Assembly: GCA_964016885.1 (NCBI GenBank)
Contig: OZ024742.1
Location: 222,270,001 to 222,334,000 of the forward strand
Direction of reading: 5' to 3'
Source: Eledone cirrhosa
Taxonomy: Eukaryota
Length of the DNA: 64,000 bases
The position numbers and the translations under genes are program-made. The notes beneath the pieces were generated by a model, which worked only from the letters and a program-made list of their open reading frames with translations, was not told the DNA's origin and ran no database searches. Positions 45,259 through 57,737 of this stretch are shown here, in pieces; the stretch's first letter is position 1, and every line of letters begins with the position of its first letter.

Positions 45259-46444
45259 ATATGATATATATATATATATAATGAGGTTTATAACTAGAGT
45301 TTGATCTCTGATAGCTATAGAACTCTCCAGTTGTGTTAATTAAACTACTATTGGTGACATGATATAACATAATATCTAGTACACTCTGTAAAATGATTGG
45401 TGGTAGGGAGGGCATTCTGATACCAACCCTTTTAGTCACATTTTATGACAGTAATATGGTGAACCTGTTATAAATTGGATACATACATTATTAACAACAT
45501 GGCAAATCAACTAAAAATGATGATAATGATGTCCATGACAATAAAAAAGCAATAAACAAACAATGGTTATATCTTATATATGGAGCCAATGAAGAGAAAT
45601 GGAATGAGATGACTGGGTCATGTGTTGAGGAAGGATGAATAGGACTGGGTGATGAAAATAGAACTAGTGATGAATGAAGTAAAGAGAAATGGTGGTGGTG
45701 GTGGTGATGTTTATACTGTTATATCATTTGACATACAAATTGGTTATTTTCAATGCCTGTTGATAGAGAATATATAAAGAAGATAGCCATTAATTCCAAA
45801 CAAACATTATAAATCTAGAACTGTTTCTGTTGCTTTATGGGTTTATTTTCATATCTTGTTACATTTTCCCCATTTAAATGAGATGATCTTGTTTCACTGT
45901 TGTGTATTTACACACTGGAAAGAAATAGATTTAATAGACCACTCATTGCAGCTTTCTTTAATTTATTTAATTCTTTCAGTGCTATATCAAAAATAGATTT
46001 AATAGACCACTAACTGACTGATTTGTATGACAACAGCTATCTTAAATTTCTTTAAATCTTAGCATCCTGTACCACACGAAACCACATTAGCAAAACATTC
46101 TTGAAAAACAACACAATGACTTTCCTCAAAATGTTATTGCTGTTTTTGAAGTAAATGCTGCACATACCTGTTGAAATGCTTGTCAAAGAATTACAAAAAG
46201 AAAGATTTAAAACCTCATCAAACCAAGAACATAAAACTCATAATGTGTGGCTGAGAGAAATAAATAAAAAATATTTTAGGATGCAAATGTAATTCTTATC
46301 TTTTACTCTTAATATCTTGTATCACATCGAAAATTATCAAACAGTACCATAACTGTATCACATAAAAAATTTATGTTTTTACTTCAATAATGGAGATTTT
46401 CACAAAGATCTGTTCCCTAGTAAAGTTGTAAAGAAACCTTTTTT

Positions 46445-47835
46445 TTCTTCGCCCACTTATTCCTGAGAGGGTTGTTGGGGCAGAGTCCTCAAATGCTCCT
46501 TCCAGTGGGTCCTGTCAGAAGCAGCTATCACCAACTGATCCGGCTGTATCCCCAAGCATGACCAGCCAAGCTCATGGATGTTATCCAACTATCTTGTTCG
46601 GCGTCTACCCCTGGGTCTCCTGCCAGTTAGTTTTGCCTATAAAATCTGTCCAGCAATTCTTTCCTGAGACATTCTAACCACATGCCCATAGTATCGGAGC
46701 TGTGATCTCTCAATTTGGAAAAGTAATGGCTCTATCTGGAGTGACTCTCTGAACTCCGAGCTATGCACTCTATCAAGTAACGTTACTCCAAAGATCTTTC
46801 GGAGGAACCCCATTTTGGCCACTTGTATTTGCGATCATATTCTTTCAGTCATTACCCAAGAAGATTCATGACCATAGGTAAGGGTTGGCATGACTACCAA
46901 ATTGAAGATAGCGACTTTTATTTTTACACATACCTCCCTTATTCTGATTACCAAATGCTGAAGCTGGTACATTACTGCACCAACTCCTGCAATTTTTGCA
47001 ATTAATTCAGCCTCTTGCCTTCCATCACTCATGAACATAGTCCCAAGATACTTGAACTTCTCTGCCTGCTTCAGTGGAACTCCATTTCACATGTAGAGTG
47101 CACTGTACAGGCTTCCTTGAAAGGACGAGTATCTCAGTTTTTGCAGCACTGATTTTCATTCCAGCCATGCAGCACTCTGAATGAAACCTGTCAACTGCAA
47201 GTTGAAGATTTAACAAGTTAACTAACACCATACCATCTGCAAACTAACACCATACCATCTGCAAACTACAGTTGACTGATTTTACACCTGCCAGTTGAGA
47301 TACCATTTCCAACCTGGCTGCGCATGTCAATCCTGTTCATAAAAATAATGAATAGGAGAGGTGACAGTACACACCCTTGGTGGGGTCTGACCCCCACATT
47401 GAATGGTTTTGATTTAGCACCATTTATCTGAACACAAACACTCAGGCTTTCGTATAGAGACATCAGTGCAGCAAGAAGCTGACCATCAATCCCATACTCT
47501 TGCACAACCTTCTATGGCAGGTCCTGAGAGATACGGTCATATGCCTTTTCAAGGTCTACAAAACATGAATACACATCTTGGCAATACTGCCACAATTTCT
47601 TGAATACCTGCCGCAGTATGAATATTTGGTCAGCTGTGCTGCATCCGGGGTTCACCGCACTGTTCATCGGCTAGCTTGGACTTGACTTAACAAGGAGATC
47701 TTTCTATAATTGGAACAATCTCTCTTCTGTCCCGTTTTGAAAATTGGAATTATCACTCCCGATTGCCATTGCTTAGGTGCCTTTCCAGAGATCCGGGCCA
47801 TCCGGCACACACAAGTCAGCAGAGAATACCTTCCA
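46445..47835 (-). pseudogene. Decayed RTE/Expander-like LINE (RT and C-terminus)
   Basis: Motifs: PKQWQSGVIIPIFKTGQKRDCSNYRKISLLS; FVDLEKAYD; QGCVLSPLLFIIFM; FAD; GMKISAAKTE; PTLTYGHESSW; IERSQLRYYGHVVRM. Frameshifted. Confidence 0.9.
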
Positions 47836-49244
47836 TGAAGGTACATGACCTAATGGTTAGGATGCTTGCTGTACAATTGTAAACAAACCTATGTTTAGGT
47901 ATTTTCTACTAAATCATTACAAAAATAGATTTCATTGATTGCTGACTGATTTATACACCAGTAACTTTCATTACTGTATTTCTAATGAAAGATACTGCTG
48001 GCCGTTTCCAAGTAATTTTGAAAATAATTAAGAATTTGGAGAGATATAATTAACTTTCTCATTATTAAATTAGAGTTTGGAATATAACTTAAAGGTTCTT
48101 AGGTAAAATTATGATGGAAAGTTTTTAGATACATATAAACTTTAACTCACCCTTTTGTTACCATATAATGAATTTATTATTTTCAAATAATTTTGGAAAT
48201 TATCAAAAATAACTAACTTTTTCATTATTAAGCTGGTGTTTGGAACATGACTTAACAAAGATTCTTACATGAAGTTATGAGGGACGGTTTTTAGATAAAT
48301 ATAAAACAAGGTTTTACAGCACATATGAGTGGTTTCAGGCAGCTTAGTTACGAAAGAGTTAAGATTTCTATTCAAGGAGGGTTGATATACTGTAGTAGTG
48401 TGGTTTCTAGAATTTTCCATTAGTAATCACAGTTGAAATAAGACAAAGAAAGAGTTTATTTTAGAATTTACATTTATCAAAGAAAACTTCTAACTGTCGT
48501 CAATGACAACAGAAGCTAAATATAATAGAAATAGATAAACAGATGTTTTCTTTGGTTTGATAATGTATAAATCTCAAGTAGTTAACTGCTATGTCTTGAT
48601 TGTTGTTATTTTCCAACTTCCATTAACTGGTATATTTACACTTTATCTTGATGAATTAGCATCATCATCATAATCATTATCATCATCTACTTGTTTTTCC
48701 ATGCAGGTATGGGTTGGATGGGTTAACAAATATGTTTCTGGGCACTACACTACTATATCAATCAAACTCATTACCTTATAATTGTGAACTGAACACCTTA
48801 ACCACTAAGCTATGCACCTTCACACACATGCAAACACATACACATATACATACATAAACACAGAATGGACCTCTGTTGGTTTCAATTATGAGTGTTCTTG
48901 TTTAATCAGTACAACAGCCTGCTCATGAAATTAACATGTAAGTGGTTGAGCATTATATATATATTCACATGTATTCTTAACTTAATTCTCAGGCAGATTC
49001 AGCATGACAGTGTGTGACAAAGCTGGCTCATTGAATTACAGGTACAGTTTAGTTTATTCAAAGGGTTTCCAAATAGTTTCCGCCTATTTAATTCCATTCT
49101 CAAGGCATTGGTCAGCCTGTGACTATGATAAATGACATTTGCCCAAGATACCCAGCAGTGGAATCTAACGCATGACCTAATAATTCATTTGTTAATTTGT
49201 TTTTAATTCTAAAAACAACTCAATTAGGAAAGTAGTGTATATCT

Positions 49245-49545
49245 GTGAAACGTATACATATATACCAGGTCCAAACACAAAGGAACCAAACTCCCACTGT
49301 CACTGCCTCCATCTCTCTCGCTCTCCACATCCTTCACTATTATGAGCAAATGGGAGCCCACTCGCTGGCCGCCCTGCAGCCCCTGTGGACAGAAGAGAGA
49401 AGGTGTTTCCTGGAGGAGGAGGGAGACACGCTGGAATAGCTGTTGCAGCTCGCAAGACTCACACCTGCGCGTAGCCAACGCTGTGCTGATGGTGGTGAGT
49501 AGAGAGGTGGTCCTAGGGCCAAAGACTCCAGAAGTCTCCACATGA
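49245..49545 (-). mobile_element. 3' end of a CRE-like non-LTR element (restriction-like endonuclease tail)
   Basis: VETSGVFGPRTTSLLTTISTALATRRCESCELQQLFQRVSLLLQ resembles the CRE-clade ET.G..G...LFQR.S...Q C-terminal motif. This is a GC-rich island with a second copy at 2884-3075. Confidence 0.65.
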
Positions 49546-49770
49546 ACTTCTTAATATATTGATACACATACATATATAATGGGCTTCTGCAGTGTCTCCA
49601 GCTAACAAATTACACTCAGAAAGTATTAGTCATTTCAAATCTATGATCCATGATATTGTGCTGTGCAATGGGATTGAACCTGAAACCACATGGTTGCAAA
49701 GCAAACTTCTTAGTCACACAGCCATGCCTATATCCTCTTAATCACACTGATTACTCATGTAAAAATGTTA

Positions 49771-49905
49771 TACTAAGCAGCCAATCCCTGCTTCTTATTC
49801 ACAATACTAAGCAGCCAATCCCTGCTTCTTATTCACAATACTAAGCAGCCAATCCCTGCTTCTTATTCACAATACTAAGCAGCCAATCCCTGCTTCTTAT
49901 TCACA
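49771..49905. repeat. Perfect 34-bp tandem repeat x4
   Basis: TACTAAGCAGCCAATCCCTGCTTCTTATTCACAA starts at 49771, 49805, 49839 and 49873. Confidence 0.97.
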
Positions 49906-50112
49906 GTTTATCATTAGTGATGAATAATCTCACCAACTATGAGCCTCTATCAATATACATTGGCAGTGTTAGCATTACCATTAAGAATATTAGTCACAGC
50001 ATTACTGAGCACAATGCTGTGTGCCTTGAGTGTGTGCAGTTTTGTTGTTTCTATTGTTTTGAAAGTATTCTTCATAATATGAGTGCAGTGCCTAGTAGTA
50101 TTATTATTATTG

Positions 50113-51135
50113 TATCGGTAGATCATCAGACACCATGCTTCATAGCATAGAGTTATGGTCCTTTATGGTCTGAGTTCAAATCCCGCCGAGGTTAACTTTG
50201 CCTTTCATCCTCACGGGGTCGATAAAATAAAGCACAAGTAATGCACTGGGGTTGATTTAATCGAATTTCCCTTCCTCCAAAATTGGTGGTTTTTGTGCCT
50301 AAATCAGAAACCATTGGTGGATTGGCAGCATCAGTAGAGGGTCGGACGCCATGCTTTCCAGCAAATAGTTACGGCCCTTTATGTTCTGAGTTCAAATCCC
50401 GCTGCGGTTAACTTTGGCTTTCATCCTTACGGGGTCGATAAAATAAAGTACCAGTAATGCACTGGGATAATTGCTGGCCTTGTGCCAAACGTAGAAACAA
50501 TTATTATTATTATTATTATTTGGCAGTATTGGTAGAGAGTCAGACACCATGCTTAGCAGCATAGAGTTAAGACTCTTTATGCTCTGAGTTCAAATCTTGT
50601 TGAATTTAGCTTTACCTTTCATCCTTACAGGGTCGATAAAATAAAGTACCAGTAATGCACTGGGGTTGATTTAATTGACTTTGCCTTCCCCCAAAATTGC
50701 TGACCTTGTGCCTGATGTAGAAATCATTATTGGCAGTATCGGTAGAGGGTCGGACGCCATGCTTTCTAGCATAGTTACGTCCCTTTACGGTCTGAGTTCA
50801 AATCCCGCCGAGGTTGACTTTGCCTTTCATCCTTACGGGGTCGATAAAATAAAGTACCAGTAATGCACTGGTGAATTGCTGGCCTTGTGCCTAAAGTAGA
50901 AACAATTATTATTATTATTATTATTAGGGCGGTGGATTGGCAGTATCGGTAGAGTCGGACACCAATCTTTGAAGCATAGAGCCCTTTACGGCCTGAGCTC
51001 AAATCCCGCCGAGGTTAACTTTGCCTTTCATCCTTATGGGGTCGATAAAATAAAGTACCAGTCACGCACTGGGGTCGATCTAATCGACTTTCCCCTGAAA
51101 TTACTGGCCTTGTGCCTATATAAGAAACCATTATT
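50113..51135 (+). mobile_element. Head-to-tail cluster of five family-C SINEs
   Basis: Heads at ~50113, 50316, 50521, 50731 and 50928. Each carries the TTTCATCCT..GGGTCGATAAAATAAAG core, and they are separated by ATT-rich tails. Confidence 0.9.
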
Positions 51136-54100
51136 TATCGTATTTCCATTACATAATCATGGATGCCTGATTAAAATGTTCTCAACTGTTGAATCATGAC
51201 AGTTATTGTATTTAGGTTTGTGTGTGTGTGTGTGTGTGTATGTGTGTGTATGTGTGTGTGTATGTGTGTGTTTATGTTTCTGACTGTATTTATGAACCAT
51301 AACTTAACAGTTTGACAGTAAAAATAAAACAATAAAAAAAAAAGATAAAATAAGTACTAGGTTTTTTTTGTGATTGACTAAACAAAGGCGGTGCCCCAGG
51401 ATGGCCACATTCTGCAAGATAATAAAATAATAAAAGAATTTTAAAGCTATGACTAATACAGTTGATGAGATGTAGTTTATATGAAAGTCATGTTATTTTC
51501 TTATGTTTATAACCTGTTATTGATTTTGTGGTTTACATCTCTCTCTCTCTCTCTCTCTCTCCCCCTCTCTCTCTCTCTCTCTCTTAAGTAAGAAAGATAT
51601 TTCTTCATTTTAGGTTAATATAATCACATACCACCACCGCAATAACATATTGTTGCCACCATCACCACCATAACACTAATAATATATTTTCACTAACATC
51701 ACCACTACCACCACCACCACAACATATTATCACCACCATCACTAACACTACCAGCACTACCACCTGCACCACCACTATCACTAACACTATCCCCACCACA
51801 ATAACACCACACAACAACAATGACAACTACAGCAGCACAATCACCACAACAGCAATATTTTCTCATTAGTTTAATAACTGCTGCATCCTCTATGCAGAAA
51901 TATTGTTGGTATAACTTTCTTTTCTTTGCTGCTGTTGTTGTTGTTGTTGTTGTTGTTATCTCTTTTTCTGTATAACTTTATTCTTTGTTGTTGTTGTCTG
52001 TTTCTGAAGTAAATGCTGCACAATTCTGATATTTTTCCAGTTTATCTTAGGCATGTTTTTTACTTTCTTGAACAGATAACAGTTATTAGGCTGGGGCACT
52101 ACCATAACCCTTTAGCATGTCAACCAGCTGTATCCAGCCAGAATTCTATCACCTCTTTCTGTTCAAACCGGCCACAACCGGCCACTCATACTGATGTAAA
52201 AATAAATAATATCAAAATCTCATAGATTTGATATTATGTGAGATATAGACTTTACCACAAAAATAAAATAGTATATATAGAGTAATGTAAATGTTAAAGG
52301 GGCTTTAGACCATCATACTGACCACAATATTTTTTTTTTGTTTCAAGTCTGTTACTTATTTTATCAATTTCTTTCTATTCAACCTCTAAGTTATGGGACA
52401 CGAGTAAAGACACACACACATGAAGGAATTCAGTGAGTGGGAGGGATTTTTGGTGTAAAAGACCTGTTGAACCTATGCAAGCATGGAAAGATGAACATTC
52501 TTGATAATGATGATGATTATATATCATTATCATCTTTTATGTCTATTTTCCATGCTTTTATAGGTGAGATGGATTGTTAAATTCTAAGACCAGAAATATT
52601 AGATGACAGCTTCTCATTCATATGTTGCATTTTGGAGCTTGGTTTCTATGGCTGACACACCCTTCCTAATGTCAAACACTTCACAGCGTGAATAGAGAGG
52701 TTTCATAGTTGATATAGGGGAAGATAAAAAGGAGGCATATTACAGGGGGGGGGGGGGGGGAGAACTAAATATCATTAAGTGAGAGAATGAGCAAGTGATG
52801 TCTTGTAGTATTCTGTCTTTCCATGCTAGCATGAGACCTAAGTAAGCTTATATCTCTATGCTTTTTTTATACCTTCTTTTCTAAGTACATTTCATTCTCT
52901 CTTTCTTTCTGTGTGTATATATGGAAAAAATAGCAATGGAAAGACAGACAATCTCATCTCCTTAGTCAACCTCTGGGAATCATTACGATTTCCGTGCATT
53001 AAGGTCGATACCATTCATTCCAGTGCACATTGGGACATAACAAAACAGGTAGAGACAAGTTATGCCTTTAGACATCATCATCATCATCATCATCATCAAC
53101 GTTTAACGTCCGTGTTCCACGCTTGCATGGGTTTGGACGGGGGTATTCCCACTTGAGGCAAGAGTGATTGTCTTGCTCGCATAGGACTGTCTGGCAGGTT
53201 TTCTACAGTTGGATGCCCTTCCTAACAGCAACCACATTTACAGTGTGGGGCTGGGAGGTTTTTACCGTGTTGCCTACACGGCCACATTACAGCGTGGACT
53301 GTGTGTTTTTTTGTCGTGACACCTACACGATCTCATTTGTTTCGGCCTGGATGGTGTGGCACCAAAATAACTTTACATAGGAGGGGTGGGGGTGGTGGGA
53401 CGGGGGTGTATTTTGTTAGAGATGCCTACTGGCTGTAGTAGGTTTTACTATGTAGACAAATTACATAAATATAGAGCGTGCAAGGGCTTAGCCAATGGAG
53501 AAAAATATAGAAAGGACAGAAATAATAAAACAGAAGAGAATAAGAACTATTGTCCAACATGCAGACAAAGGAAATATATATATATATATAAGATGGCTTT
53601 TGCAGTTTCTGTCTATCAAATTTTACTCTCAGAGGCAATAGTAGAAGACACTTGGCCAAGTTGTCATACAGTGGGAGTCAACCAAAGACTATATGGTTTT
53701 GAAGTGATCTTAACTAAACAGCCATGTCTGCATTTATCCAAAACTATTTTTTGTATAACTTTTCCCCTTTGTGTTGTTGTTATCTCTGTTTTTTAAGTAA
53801 ACGTTACGCAAACCTGTTATGCCTTTTAAAATGCTTGCCAAATAGAAACAAAACCCCAAAATAAAGCAAAAACCTCATTAAAACAATAACAAAATAAAAA
53901 TAGATGATGTATAGGTAAGGGAAAAAAAGAAATAAAATATATTATAGGATGCAAATGAATTCCTTATCTTTAACTCTCAATATTCTGTAGTGCATGAAAC
54001 TACATTAACAAGATATTCTTGAAAAGAACAAAAGAGCACTATGACTATATCATATTAAAAACAAAATCCTTCACTTTAATATTGCAAATTTTCACAATGG

Positions 54101-54619
54101 AGACACGGTCACCCGACCAATCTTGCCTCAAGTCGAACAACTCCCGTCTAACCCATGCTAGTGTGGAAGATAGACATTAAACGATGATGATGATGATGGT
54201 GATCTGTCCTCTGTCTGCTTGTAAAGATACTATAAACATTCGAATTAACTAACCACGTGAAACCACATGAGTGAGATATTCTCAAAAAGTACAAAACAGC
54301 ACTATCACTGCATCACATTAAAAAAAATAAAGTCTTTACTGTAAAATTTCACAACAATCTATTTGTTAGTAAAGATACTAAGAATATTTGAATTAATCTG
54401 TTTTTAGATATTTTCTACTAAACCATTATAGAATGCTAAGACTCAAAACAAAAAAAAAACAAACAAACAGAACCATATAATGTGTGACTGAGAGATAAAA
54501 GAAAGAAAACAATCATTTTAGGATGTAAATGAAATTCTTATCTTTAAATTTGTGCTCTTTTATTTTATGTTGTCATTCAAGGGGCAGGCATAACTGAATG
54601 ATTAAGAAGTTTGCTTCAG

Positions 54620-55420
54620 CAAGATCATTAAAGCATCAGAAAAATAGTTCACAGTATTTCTTTAGATTTTTAGGTTCTGGGTTCAGAAACAGGTATGCAT
54701 AACTCAGGAAGAGGCTGAAGAAAGAATGTTTGCTGGTGTCTTGTGGCACGAGAACCAGGGATGTGAGGTGTTCCATAGTGTGAAAGTGTGAATCAGCATG
54801 TTGTTGGGGGAGAAATATGCTAGAAATGACACTGGTGCACTTAGCATCACTGATGCTCAAAAGAAAGAGCTCGGGAATTGTTATTATGAGAGGGTGATGA
54901 ATGTAGAGAATGAATGAATGGAAGGAAGAGGGACCAGCTATTGAAATTGACAGTTATAGGGTCAAAGAAGCAATGAAGGAGATGAAGAACGGTAAAGCCA
55001 TGGGGCAGGCAGAAAATAACTAGAGAATAAGTTCCGACTATGGAAACAAAATTTGGAATCAAAAAGATTGAGAGTAAACTAAGCCAAAACTAAAGTGCTA
55101 GTAAGTATGAAAGAAAATTCTGATTCCTTCAGAAAAGTGGCCCTACTCAATATGTAGAAAAGGCATAAGCATAAACTCTATGCGATGTACAGAATGTAAA
55201 TCTTGGGTACACAAGAGATGTTGTGGGATAACAGGAAGGGAAGACTTTGTATGTAAACAATACACAGGGGTAATCAAGAGGAAGAGTATCAGTGATATAA
55301 AGCTTTTCCAATCACATGTAGGATCCATAGATATGTTGATAGCTTTTGTTATCTCGGTGACCTAATTAGCATCAGAGGAGGGTACTCTGAGAGCATAATA
55401 GCTAGAATAAGGATAGGAAG
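54620..55420 (+). pseudogene. Second decayed RTE-type LINE with PHD-like finger; RT core deleted
   Basis: EAMKEMKNGKAMG is joined to ENKFRLWKQNLESKRLRVN, followed by KWPYSICRKGISINSMRCTECKSWVHKRCCGITGREDFVCKQ and FCYLGDLI. Confidence 0.75.
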
Positions 55421-55444
55421 GAAGAAGAATATCCCCTACACAAC

Positions 55445-55660
55445 CTTATTACAGTGAGGGCTGGGCGCTTTTTGTTGTGTCACCTACACAACCACTTTAC
55501 AGTGTGGGCTGAGCACTTTTTGCCATGACATCTTCATGACTATTTTACAGTGTGGGCTGGGTGCTTTTTGCCATGACATCTTCATGCCTATTCTCCAGTG
55601 TGGGCTGGGCGCTTTTTGTCATGTTGCCAACACAACCACTTTACAACGTGGGCTGGGGAA
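55445..55660. repeat. ~40-50-bp minisatellite (TACAGTGTGGGCTGGGCGCTTTTTGCCATG...) x5
   Basis: Five diverged copies. The unit resembles the TTACAGTGAGTG.TGGGTGCTTTTTTGCC segment of SINE family A. Confidence 0.75.
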
Positions 55661-56499
55661 AGTGTGTGATGATTGGGGAGGTAGATCTAGGGACATGTGT
55701 GAGGGGCAGGGTGTTAGGGCATGGGGATTGATGATTCATTAGATATAGTAACAAAAGGGTTAATTGACGTTCCCCCACATCACTCTTTTTATTGTACATA
55801 CCTGTTCTATTTTAAAATGCTTGCTAAAAAATTACAAAAATAAAAAAAATAGAAAAATCATTAAACTAAAAATATAAAACACATAATGTGCAGCTGAGAT
55901 AAAGAAATTAAAAAATATATTTATTTTATTTAAGAGGCAAATGAAATTCTTATCTTTAATGCTTTGAAACAACATTAGTAAGACATTCTTGAAAAGTACA
56001 AAACAACATTATCACTACATCACATTAAAAATGAAAGCCTAATACTTCAATGATCTGTTCACTAGTAGGGATACTGTAATCATTTGAATTTAAAAACAAT
56101 ATTTTTAGATATTTTCTTACAAAATTACAAGATGGTAACTACATGGAAAATCAAATTAGACATTTAAAACACATACAAAAGCTGTTAACTTCACTATATA
56201 TCTTCATCATCATCATTTAGCATCCATTTTTCTATGCTTGCATGGGTTAAACAGGTCGTCCAGGGAGGCAAGTCTGGCCAGAGTTGGCCATGTCGCACCT
56301 TGTTCTGGTGAGGACTGTAAATTTGACTGGGTATTTTACAGCAGGATGCCCTTCCTAACATTTACAGTTATAATTTTTGCTGTAAATATTTTCATCACAC
56401 TGCAATCTTGTTGACTGATTTTTGCTGTTACCGTTGGCCACTATATATACACATACATGACTACACTATACAAAACCATTAATATTTCTTTACTGAAAT

Positions 56500-56690
56500 A
56501 ATGGTTTCTGGTTTAGGCACAGGTCCAACAATTTTGGTAGAAGTAAAAATTGATTAAATCAATCCCCAGTGTATTACTGGTACTTTATTTTATCGATCCC
56601 ATGATGAAAGGCAAAGCTAACCTTGGCAGGATTTAAACTCGGAACATAAAGGGACATAACTATATGCTAGAAAGCATGTTGTTTGATGCT
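56500..56690 (-). mobile_element. Diverged family-C SINE
   Basis: CTGGTACTTTATTTTATCGAT..GATGAAAGGCAAAG core. Confidence 0.8.
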
Positions 56691-57273
56691 CTTGATGCCA
56701 TTTCACAAACATTGCTTCCTTAATCATTTATACCTTCTCTGATGATACAGAAATGAACAGAATTAATGTCTAATTCCTTTACTCAATGCTCAAATTGTAG
56801 TTTATGAATTTATTTGACTGGTAAATTCTGTTATACAGAATACCATTATAACAAACTTTTTTTCAATCCCCGGCCACAAGCTTATTAAAACAACGCTAAA
56901 AGAATCTCGTTATAACAAAATTCTTTACAAATATTTTAGTACAACGAACGAAAATTGAACCCTAAGCAGCCAAAATTCCTCACTCATTCTCGCAGAATCG
57001 TCATCTAACCAAAATACTTGAATCCAAAGATGCTGCTTCAAATTCCTCACGTGGAATTTTTTCAGTTCAATCTAAAATTACTGGTTTTTTCTTCAAAACC
57101 GAATTGTTCAAAGGATTCTTCAACTGATTATTCTTACATACCATTGCATGAATAAAAGTATATTTTATGATTTGTGGCTCTTTATTACTCATCATTTAAA
57201 TTCGTTAATATTCCAAATTTCAAATGAAAGAAAATTATTCAAAAGAACATATCTTAAACACACACACACACAC

Positions 57274-57330
<57 letters not shown>

Positions 57331-57460
57331 GAGGTTATATTTAATTTGTTGGGATACAATAAGCAAAATATTTTTATAACTGATATAAAGCACTCAACAA
57401 ATTATTGGAGTAAATATACAATATATTAACAAATGGAAACTATATTTATAAAACCATATT

Positions 57461-57526
57461 TATTTCATTATACATATTTCAAGGGCCACCAAGGCAAACT
57501 ATGGTGTGCTTTCATCAGATAAAATA
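57461..57526 (-). ncRNA. Type I hammerhead ribozyme motif (left palindrome arm)
   Basis: Mirror image of 57672-57737. Confidence 0.66.
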
Positions 57527-57671
57527 TAATATAGGTTAGTTTTATAAATAAATATTGACATACCCTGAAAAAATGCAACTATTCTGGTTGGAATCTCCAG
57601 GAGATTCCAACCAGAATAGTTGCATTTTTTCAGGGTATGTCAATATTTATTTATAAAACTAACCTATATTA

Positions 57672-57737
57672 TATTTTATCTGATGAAAGCACACCATAGT
57701 TTGCCTTGGTGGCCCTTGAAATATGTATAATGAAATA
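57672..57737 (+). ncRNA. Type I hammerhead ribozyme motif (right palindrome arm)
   Basis: TATTTTAT-CTGATGA-AAGCACACCATAGTTTGCCTTGGTGGCCCTT-GAAA-TATGT-ATA-ATGAAATA. Stem I is 8 bp with one GU; stem II is AAG/CTT plus CACCA/TGGTG. Predicted cut after 57729. Confidence 0.66.
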
